NCBI GenBank assembly: GCA_004764695.1
Contig: SMSO01000004.1
Location: forward strand, 930,001-994,000
Origin: Schizochytrium sp. TIO01
Lineage: Eukaryota > Protista > Bigyra: Labyrinthulomycetes
DNA length: 64,000 bases
Direction: 5' to 3'
Part shown: in pieces, positions 34,842 to 45,336 of the stretch
How the letters are laid out: each line of letters begins with the position of its first letter
Position numbering within the stretch: the stretch's first letter is position 1
The notes under the pieces: model-generated
What the model was told of the DNA's origin: nothing
Databases searched by the model: none
What the model saw: only the letters and a program-made list of their open reading frames with translations
Translations under genes and position numbers: made by a program

Positions 34842-36498
34842 AAAGTATCTCAACGGCTGAAGAAACAAACACCTCTTTAATTTTTTAATTGAAAAACCAA
34901 AAATCCTCCTTTTCGCTCTGTTTTTTCCTTCTTCTTTTTTGATTCATTCTTTCTTCGAATGAGCAGTTCAAAAAGAGAGAGCTCAGAATGGAACAGAAAA
35001 TAAAAACAAAAGAACCACTTTTTTCACGTTTTCCTGAGGAAGACTGTCCATCTGTCTGTCTGTCTAAGTAGGCTAGTAAGCCATCCATATCAGGCACCTG
35101 CTGCTTTCCCTCTTCTGCTGCTTCGCCTTTCTTCCCAGCTCGGCGCTAGCTCTCCCTTCTTCAGAGACAGATCTCTCTGCGGAGAGAAGATACCTCAAAT
35201 TCCTCGCGCGGCTAGAAGCAGAAGCTGCAAACCAACAAACCGCCGCAAGTCGCACAGCAAATGGGCAACTCCGTGACCTTGCTCTTCGAAGTAGGTTGTC
35301 ACGGAGTTTTATCTACGCATCTACGCAGAAACAATGATGCAGATAAAGAAGTGCCCTGTGTTATTTATTTATTTTTCTCCCCTCCCATGTTCCAAGAATT
35401 GAAACTTCCTTTCTTCAAGCCTTCTTATCTCTGTCCTGATTTTTGTATTGATATTTGTATTGATTGATTTTCTTTTGAAATTAAAATATTGTTTTAAATA
35501 AACGAAAGGCCAACCTGTCATCTACTCCCTGTCGTATGAGGTAGTAGCAGTAGGTAGTTTGGAGGATGGGCATGTTTTTAAAGTGAAATTACTTTCAGAG
35601 TAGAACTTAGCAGCTTCTTCTTCCTCTTCTTTTCTTTTCTTTTCTACAACAAAATTATACATATCCTATCTTCTTTGATCAATTCACACTAAACCAAAGT
35701 AAGACGTCAACTCATTTTGATCTAAAAATATGAAGCACATAACTTTGTTTTCACTGTTAAGTACTCCCAGAGATAAGCACCCTCTGTGATAACAGACACC
35801 CAAAAGGGGGGTAACAAGTCCCTTTATCTTACTGCCCTCGGAAGAACCTGGGTCGAGGAGAAGGACACTTTGCCCGCCGACAGAGAGGCTGAAAGAATAA
35901 AAAGAAACTTGTGGGCAGCAGACCTCGAGCGACGAAACCCTTCCCACCGCAGCGATGAAAATATCTCGCGCCCGTACCCTGCTCTACGCTATTTTATTCT
36001 ATTTTATTCTATTTTGTTCTATTCTACTCTGTTCTCTTTCTTCTCCTATTGAGCTCTTCGAAAGCGAGCAAGTTAGTGCCCCGACGAGAGAGAACAAACC
36101 TTCAGAGCTCTCGGTGGTCCTAGCTACTTCTTCTTCTTCTTCATCTTCACATGTTGGTACGTTCATGCTCTGAGCAGAGAGAACAGTGATCTGCTACTAC
36201 GTCGAAGAGCTTTGATCGATACGATTGTTTACCGCATAGGGTTTACACGTGGGCTTCGAGCCCAGGGCCTACACAAACCCAGACTATAGCTCTCAATTTG
36301 GATAAGCCTTGGGAGGAAGAAGCGCCTTATGAGTAATCGAAGTTGATCCTGGAGATGAGACGCGCCTTAGTATCAAAAGCTTTATTACGCGCCAGAAACA
36401 GTCTTCAGGGTGGTAGGCGACACTAGGCCGCCCGGCTAGATATGGCCGCCAGCTGGCGGGCTAGGCAGAAAGCTATGGGTGGAGCGCCAGAAACTGAG

Positions 36499-36547
36499 AT
36501 GCAATGCAATGCAATGCAATGCAATGCAATGCAATGTAATGCAATGT
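36499..36547. repeat. (ATGCA)n pentanucleotide repeat
   Basis: Direct tandem repeat. Confidence 0.9.
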
Positions 36548-38188
36548 AAAGCAATGCGTGTACAAAATGGAATGCTTGCGCTATGAATCATGCTGCGCGT
36601 TAATTTAGTGTACCATCGGCGTAAGCTGTTGCTTTGTGCTGATCCAGTGATCTCCACTTAATCATTGATTTGCTCAAGTTTGTTTGCTTCTTCAGGTTTT
36701 CAAGCTTTCCTTTATTAGTGCGAGTGTTGCAAGTGCAGCATATCGTACTTTGACAGTGAGCGTGAATATTCTTCTCTACGTAGTACGTTCCTCCTACTAC
36801 GCTGTTGAACTTGAATGGATGTTCACCAAGAACAAGAATAAGAAGCTGAAGAAGAAGAAGAAGAGATTCTACTCGCCATTAAGAACACACACCAACCGCC
36901 GTTAAGCAATGGTTTGAATTTTTATTTGTTGCCCTTCCTAGGAACGGCAAACTAAATAAGAGGCTCTTGCACTTTCCAATACTTCAGCCGTTATTATTCT
37001 CTTTTCCTCCTCGTATTCTTACTCTTCTCTTATGTATATATATACATATAGTATTCATGTTTTTATTTACGATATATTGTTTAGCATTTTTATAAACAAA
37101 CTAACTTAAAACCCGGAACTTTTCTGTTTTTTCCGATGACAAAAAGTATTGACAATAATACCAACTGTGCTGTGGGATAACTGTCGCAATCGCAATAAAA
37201 GGTCAGCCTGCTTCATCCACCCATTCTCCATGGGTAGCGCTAGCTAGCTGACTGGCTCGATATCTATTAGTACAGTTAGAAAGAATGGCAGCAGAAAAGC
37301 CTCATGAAAAGAAGAAAGGAAAGCTGGCGTGCTCAGTTTTAGTTTATTCCATCTCTCCACCATACTCCAACAATAATCCCCAACCCCTCTAGGACAGGTC
37401 AATCCAATTCGAAAGAAAAGCACTTCAGACCCTTCTTTCACTCTCTTCTTTCCTCCCTCCATAAATTATATATGCAGTACGGCAGTTGCTTCACTTTCTT
37501 TCTTCTGCAAAACCATTCTATCTCCGCAACCTCGATTGTTTCTTCTTTCGCTTTTGCTTCACAAAAGACGAATCTTCCTTCAAACTCCCTTTTGTCAGCC
37601 CAATTCAAAGTTTCAATATCATCTGCGTCCAATAAGCTCGAGTCTTTTTTCTTTTCTTTTTTCAGAAATTAAAAACAAATACCAATGAAAGTTTTAACTT
37701 GAAAAGGAAGGGCGCGAGAACAAACAGAATGAATAGCGTTTCGGGTGCTTGCTTGCCGGAGTGAGGGAAAAATAAATAAATAATAATAATAGTAAATTAA
37801 CAAATTAAAAAAAATAAAAAAAATTAAACAATCGGATAAAGAAGCTTTGCTTGTGCTTGTACTAACTACTACGTCGATGCCGCCCTAGTCAGTCACACTG
37901 GGAAATCGTAATAAGCACAAAGCCAGCCGAGGCCCCGAGGAGTCTGACTTCGAGGCTGCCAACTCCTGACAGGCCATGGATGACTCATCCTGGAGTGTGC
38001 AATGGCCTGGCCAGGCGGCCACGGGTAGGCGAATCAAAGCAGCAGAGGCGCCACACAGGGACAGGAGCAGCTTTGTGGGCTTCAGAGAGAAAGAAAGAAG
38101 GAAAGAGAGAGAGAGAGCAAGTAAGAATGAAGGAAAGGAGGGAAGAAAGAAAGAAAGGAGGAGGGGAAAAGCAAGAAAGTAAGAAAGC

Positions 38189-38220
<32 letters not shown>

Positions 38221-38402
38221 AGGAGGGGGGAAGCAAGCAGTTTCAAGCGCCCCTCACTCCCTCTGACGGATGTCTCTCTTCGCTGCGGGACTTAGAGCAT
38301 TCTCAGGGCGTCCAACAAAGTCTCCGAAGCTACTACTACAACTACTTCTTCGCTTGCAGACAAACAGACAGGCAAGCAATCACCAAACAACTTAAAACAA
38401 GC

Positions 38403-38540
38403 AAACAAACAAACAAACAAACAAACAAACAAACAAACAAACAAACAAACAAACAAACAACTTGAGACAAACAGACAAACAAACAAACAACTTGAGACAA
38501 ACAGACAAACAAACAGATAAACAAACAAACAAACAAACAA
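38403..38540. repeat. (AAAC)n microsatellite with a duplicated interruption
   Basis: Tandem AAAC; cttgagacaaacagacaaac occurs twice. Confidence 0.92.
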
Positions 38541-38688
38541 CCCCAAACAAGCAAGTGAAAAGCAAGAACATCTTGGAACAGCCGACACAGAGAACACAGT
38601 AGCCGCAGAAACCAGCGTTCATAGAATCCGAAGAACGCTGTCGTCGCTGCTACATACACATACACACATACCCACTTACCTTGGCGCC

Positions 38689-38724
38689 TATAAAAGAGAG
38701 AAGGCCGGCCTCGCGTAGTCAGTT
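38689..38724 (+). promoter_or_regulatory. TATA box plus Inr-like element (candidate Pol II core promoter)
   Basis: TATAAAA at 38689, TCAGTT 30 bp downstream at 38719, CAG|GTAAGT donor at 38940. Confidence 0.45.
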
Positions 38725-39231
38725 AGTTGGTTAGTTTGTTTCTTTCACGAGGAAAGGCAAAGCAGAGGACAGAAGAAGAGGCAGGCTCGGCAGACGGAGG
38801 AGGAAAAGGCCCTCTGCACAAGAAGCGTAGTCAGAACACAGCAGAGAGCCTCGTTCACAGTGATAGTATCCAGCCCCCTGAGCCGGTAAGGAGGGGTGCT
38901 AGGCACTGCTAGGCAGAAGGGTAGACCCGGGGCCTGCAGGTAAGTGTCTCTTGGCCTGAGAGGAGAAAGGAAAGAGAGAAGAAGGAGATGGAGTTTAATT
39001 TTAATTTAAAAGAACAAAAACAAAAGAACGAAAACGAGGTTTTTTATTTCTCTGGAGCTTTAATCAATTTTAGGTTATCTATTTTATTTTCTTAAAATAT
39101 AAATGAAAGTATTTGGAAAGAAGCAAGGTATAAAAAGGGGTGGAAAGGAGGCCGACTGCGCGACAAAGAAGAGAGCAGCAGAGCGATGCAAAGCTGCTTA
39201 TTTGCAGGTAGGCGGTGGAAAAGACAAAAAG

Positions 39232-39290
39232 AAACAAACAAACAAACAAACAAACAAACAAACAAACAAACAAACAAACAAACAAACAAA
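39232..39290. repeat. (AAAC)n microsatellite
   Basis: Direct tandem repeat. Confidence 0.95.
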
Positions 39291-42200
39291 CGAACAAAGA
39301 CAGAGTGACTTGGGTATTGAGCGGGTTTAGCTATCTGTTGCCTTTCTCCTCTGGGGCTCTGTGCTCCCTCTATGGAGGCAACTAAGTGAATGCCTAAGTC
39401 GGTCCAAGTCTGTCTGTTTGGATGCTGACCTCCCTTCCTGAACGCCGATATTCTTCTGCCGTGAGGGGGGCAAGCGCTCTAGAAACCCCACAGCGCGGCT
39501 CCCCTCTCTTCCTCGCCAGGCCTTGGGACGAGGTAGTGCGCTCGGTAAGCACGCAGGCGCAGTAGCAGCAGTAGGAGATCGAGTCAAATTGAAGGAAGGC
39601 CTGGCAGAAGGGAGGCGGCCTCTCAGGCGGACGAGCGCGCCGGCCAGGGCGGGGCAGCAACAGCAGCAGCAGCAGGAGGAGGAGAGCGGCGAGGGCGACG
39701 CTTATCATACGGATGTAGGCGGGGAAGTGGGGGCGAAAGCAATAGGGATTCTTCGAGATGTATTTGTAAAACCGAGAGAGCAGACTGCAGACTGACCCCG
39801 CAGCGACCCCGCAGCCTTCCCTTGGCATCTTTTATCAGGTCTTTCGCTGCACAGATCGACACTTTGCCATTACAGCAACGGTTTATCTGGCATAGCAGAT
39901 ATCCGTGGTATAAGGCGTAGTAGCAGCAGCTGTTTAGTCGAACTAGCTATAGCTACTTTGCTGGAGGGGTGGAAACTCCGTGGGTCTGTACAAGCACGGC
40001 AAGAGCTCGAGACACATGGCAGAAACAAGCAGAGGTTATCGCCCTCTCTCTCCCTCTCTCTCTCTCTGTGGTGGTATAGATTAGGTTTAGGTAGCGTTCC
40101 AACTCGCTTAGATAGCTTTTTGTAACTCCTATAAAGAGCGAAATAACTACCTCTCTCTTTTCCTTTCTTTCTTTCTTTCTTTCTTTCTTTCATCCAAGTT
40201 CTTTGCTTTTTTTTCTCTCTCTCACTCTCTTTCCTGACGAAGGATAATACGTGGCCTGAAGCAAGCAGCGTAGAAGAATGCCTGCCTAGGAAGCCCCTAA
40301 GAAGGCGGGCAGAAAAATAGAAGAAGAAGAAGAAGAAGAAAAAGAAGAAGAAGCGTGAGAAAGAGTCTATTTATTACAGACCAGAGAACGAGAAAGAGAA
40401 CGAGAAAGAGAAAAGAGAGAAGGACTGACTGACTGAAAGCTGAAAGGTCGCTGGACCCATCTCCTTTCTCGCATCGCGAGGCTTCATCTGCTGCTGCACT
40501 GTCCGTGAGTGAGTGAGTGGCGGAGCAGAGCAGAGAGAGAGAGAGAGGGGGAGGTAGGGAGAGGCCTCCCAGGTGAAGCAAGCGAGCACTCTAAAGAAGA
40601 AGGCTTGTGGACAGCTAAAGGGGCAAATCAAGACCATGGAGGGCGAAGTTACACTAAGCACTGTCAGAATACCAACAAATGAGAGATGAGGCATCGAATT
40701 ATTAGCAGTATTATTAATTTCTCTCCCGAGCCGCATCCAAGTTTCCTTCTTTCTTTTCTCCCTCGAAGCCTCCTTTCTTTAATGCAGAAAGAAAGAAAGA
40801 AAGAAAGAAAAGAAAGAAAGAAAGAGTTTCATAGTAGCAGGAATTATAGTAAATTTAAAAAAAAAAAAAAAACACTTTTTTAAAATGGAAGCTACTATTT
40901 GTGATAGGCGTCTACTAAGCAGCGAGTGAGTGATCTATCTTGTCAGATGAAAAAAAGTACAACCTCTTTTATTGGTTTTAAAAACTAATAAAGTGTTGTT
41001 TTTTTGTTCTTTAAATTCTTGATTTGCTTGTTGTCAAAATGTGCGCTTTGTTCATTCCCTCGAAAGATAAAATAGTTTAAAAGGGAAGAAGGAAATAAAG
41101 AAATAAACCAGAAGGACGCAACATACAAAACGCTACTAAGAAGAAGTGAAGAAGAAGAATACATCACTCAGTCTCATACTATCATGATGACTTTCATTGA
41201 TTGTTTATGATTAATCATCGTTCATTTAGTCATTCATTTACTACTTCTATCGCCCTCGAGTGTAATGATCTGAATGCCCCTTTCATCGTCGCAAATCAAT
41301 GTGAATAAATTCAAAAATACATAAATAAATAAATAAATAAATATAAATTCATAAATCAACACATAAATCACATTTTCCGAGTTATAGTGAACTTTTGATT
41401 AAATGATGATGATGGCAAAGTTAATCTTTATTTTTGTTTGAAGTAAGAAGAAGTAGATAGCGAAAAGAAGGGAAGCAAAGAAGGCAAAGAGGGAGTCAGA
41501 CAGACAGAACAGAAACAGAAACAGAAACAGAAATAGGCAACAGTGACAGCAGCGACAGGAAAGCGCGCTCGCTCGGCCCTTCGCACGCGCCAAGTCAACC
41601 AGCGCGGGCCTCACGACACCACTTGCGGCGGGCTCCCACCCGGACCAACCCTCCCCCAGACCCGCGAGCCGCGCCCCCGCGGGAAACGAGAGACCGGCGA
41701 GCGGCAGTGCAATCGATCAATCGTCCTCGGCAGCGTGGCTTACTCAAAGCAGCTAGGGCCGCAGCTAGCCGAAAACATAGGAGCTAGTCGCGCCTCTCGG
41801 CTCGTAGGCGAGCGGGCAAGCGAGCAAGCGCCCTCCGTCGCAGCAGAGCCGCAGGACGGAGGTCCGCCGAGGAGGAAGGGGCCTGGCGCCTGCCTGTCTG
41901 CAGCGCTCCTCTTGAGAGAGCTCCCCGTTGTTGTATTCGTTTGTTGCCGCTTCTCACTCAGTGTTCTTCGGGCGTTCTTTCGGCGGCGTTCGGGCGTTCT
42001 TTTCGTCGATTTCCTTTTCTTCTCTCTCTCTCTCGCTCTCTTTTTGTTTGTTTGTTTGTTTTTAACTTTCACCACCTTCTTTCTTATTCCTTTCCCCCAC
42101 TGCCCCTACAAGTGCCCTCACATCGAGCCCCGTTTCTTCCTCCTCTCTGGCCCTCTGGGAGATTTAGAGGCAGAGGAAAAGAAGAAAGAAAGAGAGAAAG

Positions 42201-42691
42201 AAAGAATAAAATAAATAAAAGAATAAAAAGCAAACTAAGAAAGGCCCAACAAACGGAGTAGGCTTCGCGGTCAGGTCGAAGCCAGCGGGCAATCAGCCTC
42301 GGGTGCTTCGCGAGGACCTGTGGCAACAGAGAGCAGACCTCGCACGCAGGAAAGGAGTGATACCCAGCGGAGGGAGGCGAAAAGAGGCACAGAAACTGCC
42401 CTGCCGACTTTCTTCATTGATTGAACCCGCACCGAGTGGTGTGGCCTCTGCTCTACCTATAGGAGAGGAGCTCGCGCTCGCTCGTAGGCCGCACCTGCTT
42501 TCTTGCAGCAGGCCTTGGAAAGCACAAGAACCAGAGGAGCGGAGCTCTGGCACTCGCCCACTCATAGAAAGCGGAACTTAAAAGACGCTCTAGAGCCACA
42601 CTCGTGCTGGCCCTGGGTGGGAGACCTTATTGATACGTTCTATATATATACACATACATACACTCGTACAAGCGCACTCCTTTGACTGAAA

Positions 42692-44449
42692 ATGCTGCCA
42701 GTGGGACAAGCAGTGCAAAACTTTGGAGGCGACATGCAGCCGCAACAGCAACAAATGTCAAATGGAGCACCTCAAATGCAACAGCAACAATTTGCTGCTT
42801 TCTACCCCCAAATGTTTGCTCAGCAAGGTTACTCCTTCGGAAACAACAATAATGACAACAACAATATGCAGGCCATGTTCTACATGCAGGCAGGGCAGCC
42901 CAGCATGCAGATCATGCAGCAAAACGGTGGATCCGCAGTAAACAACAACAACCAGCAACAAAGTCTTGTGAACACTCTCTCGCGCGACAATAACAGCAAC
43001 AACGCCTCCCAACCATCAAACAACAACCAACAACAACAAATGCAGCAGCAACAACCTCAAAACTCTCTCGCGCAACAGTTTCAACAGATTTTCTCAAAAC
43101 AAAACAACAATAACAATACCACAGGATCGATGCCAACGACCAAAAGCGAGAACGGGACGTCCAGCACAGACTCGATGCAGTCCTCTGAGCACGAAAGATC
43201 AATCTCAAGCGCAGCTTCTACACACAGTAATTCGCAACGATCCCAATACGGAGTTAGTAATGATGCATCATCCACAAGCTCCACAACATCTGTTCTGCAG
43301 CAAGTCTCACAACAAATGCAACAACAACCACAACAACAAATGAACAGCATGCAACAGCAGGTGCAGCAGCAACCTAATTTTGCCAATATGTCAGGTTCAT
43401 ACACTATTCCACCTGGTTACACTCTCGCACAAGCGCCAAATGGTCAGACTGTGTTGGTCCCAACAGGGCCTCAACAATACCAGTCATACTTCCAGCCGAA
43501 CTCAAATAGCTTTTCCCAGATGCAACAACAACAACAGCAAGGTGGGCCGTCAATGGTGTCAAATATTGACCCACAAAACCAAAACGCATCGCGATTCTTT
43601 CCCTCCGGTTTTATGACTCAAAATGGCCCCATGGATGGCACCAACTCTTTTGATATGACAAAGGTCCAGCTCTCCGCACCGGTCTCCGCGAACCTCAATG
43701 CAAAGGGTGTAAGCTCCAAATACCGTGGCGTGTCTTGGCACCGCCGCGATAAGGCTTGGACTGCACGGATTTGGAACAATGGTAAAAGTGAACATCTTGG
43801 TACCTTCACCACTGAACTACGCGCTGCTCTTGCTGTGGATATTAAAGCAGCCGCTTATTTTGGTGACACTTTTGCTGAATTCAACTTCCCTTGCGAAGAT
43901 GAGCGAAGGAGACTCATTTGGGTCTTTATGCAACCTGACATTAAACCCTCTTCCCGTCTCCTTGAAATTATGGCAGACCCTAATATTGCTGTCAAGTACC
44001 TCGCAAAGTGCTCCAGTCGCCGCAAGAACCGTAAACGTCTTGCCGCGGCCATGGCCTCAAACAACAGTTCCAAGGGAGACAACGAATCTGGTTCCAGTGT
44101 TTCAAGCCAAACAACGGGTTCTTCCAAAGTAAAAAATTCGAAAGCGCGCCGCCGCGATGAGTGTGAGCCCCATATTATTGGCCTCGACAAACTCCGTCCG
44201 CATCAGCACCAGCGTCAGGCTGAGGGCGCCTCTGACTCATCAGATTCTCGCTTTGATTCAAATGGATCGAATGATATTATCAGCAAGTCCTCGGCTCTTC
44301 GATCAAGCCCCTCAGATACAAGAAAAAAATTCCTTCGTAACCCTGGTCAAATCCAGAGTGGAAGTTGCTCGTCTGGGTCGGCATCTTCACTTTCGAATGA
44401 GGGAGATTCCGGTGTTCCTAGCTTGACGTCATTCGGCGGAAAGCATTAA
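42692..44449 (+). CDS. AP2/ERF-domain transcription factor with Q/N-rich N-terminus
   Basis: SKYRGVSWHRRDKAWTARIWNNGKSEHLGTF..E..AALAVD..A...FG.....NFP is an AP2 domain; basic NLS-like RRKNRKR. Confidence 0.92.
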   Translation: MLPVGQAVQNFGGDMQPQQQQMSNGAPQMQQQQFAAFYPQMFAQQGYSFGNNNNDNNNMQAMFYMQAGQPSMQIMQQNGGSAVNNNNQQQSLVNTLSRDNNSNNASQPSNNNQQQQMQQQQPQNSLAQQFQQIFSKQNNNNNTTGSMPTTKSENGTSSTDSMQSSEHERSISSAASTHSNSQRSQYGVSNDASSTSSTTSVLQQVSQQMQQQPQQQMNSMQQQVQQQPNFANMSGSYTIPPGYTLAQAPNGQTVLVPTGPQQYQSYFQPNSNSFSQMQQQQQQGGPSMVSNIDPQNQNASRFFPSGFMTQNGPMDGTNSFDMTKVQLSAPVSANLNAKGVSSKYRGVSWHRRDKAWTARIWNNGKSEHLGTFTTELRAALAVDIKAAAYFGDTFAEFNFPCEDERRRLIWVFMQPDIKPSSRLLEIMADPNIAVKYLAKCSSRRKNRKRLAAAMASNNSSKGDNESGSSVSSQTTGSSKVKNSKARRRDECEPHIIGLDKLRPHQHQRQAEGASDSSDSRFDSNGSNDIISKSSALRSSPSDTRKKFLRNPGQIQSGSCSSGSASSLSNEGDSGVPSLTSFGGKH

Positions 44450-45336
44450 ATTAAATACCCAATGCGGTAAACGCTTTTGCTTCTTGTGTACGATTTCAAC
44501 CTTTTCTTTGCTAATGATTTGAATTATTTTTCACCTTCTCTTTGTATTCTTTTCAGCTGTTTTCTTCAGCATTAGTGGTTATAGCTCTCTTCTGTCTCCG
44601 AGACTGCGGGATAATGATAGAAAACCCTTTACAAGAAGAATGCTTTTTAAGTTTCGAACAATCATCATGCCTAGCGCATCTCCATCCGGTGTGATTTTAT
44701 TTTTTTAAATTTATTCGCGCAGTGGCTGGCACATTATGCACATTTTTACAATCAACGGAGGGGAAGGACTTTTTTTCTTTCTAAAATGGCAAGCTTCTCA
44801 AGAAGCTCTCGCATGTTACTCCATCCTAGAAAGCGCAACTGAATTAATTTTGCTCCATGAAGAACCAAACACCTATCATTTCACATGCCAGAGTAAATTT
44901 TCATTTATTGAGTTTGAAACATCGCAATATTGCGCACATGCTGGGTGGATAAAAAAGAATATTAAGTTCACAGATTTGTTCATAGTTTGTGTATCAATTT
45001 ATTGCAACAAATATAAGGGTTTTATAAACTTCTTGTTTTCTTGGTTGTTTGGTTGCTCGTCCCTAATTGAACAGACGAGCAACCGCCCCCGTTATGAGCA
45101 CTGATGGATCGCAACACAACAGCGACACTCCTTCTAGTCGCAAAATCTCCCCTACTATAAAAAGAGAGGCGATGCGTAATTCCCGGTTCAACAGCACTGA
45201 GGTGCTTGAAGCACAGTGACATTCACAAGCGCTCATCTCTCTAAACGACTGTATAGAGTTGCATTGTTGAATCGACTTTATTATGCTGCTTTTATGTTGC
45301 TGGATCACAACGAGAGCGGGGGGGGGAGCGATGAAA

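Noticed and set aside
37885-39330. Many ORFs with LFVC/KQTN/KKER repeats
   Set aside because: Artefacts of AAAC and AAAG microsatellites.
39523-39795. GC-rich ORF with polyQ/E
   Set aside because: TTG start, driven by a CAG repeat, no recognisable domain.
41543-42214. 223-aa ORF
   Set aside because: GTG start, low-complexity SSR-derived sequence and no domain; better explained as the AP2 leader.
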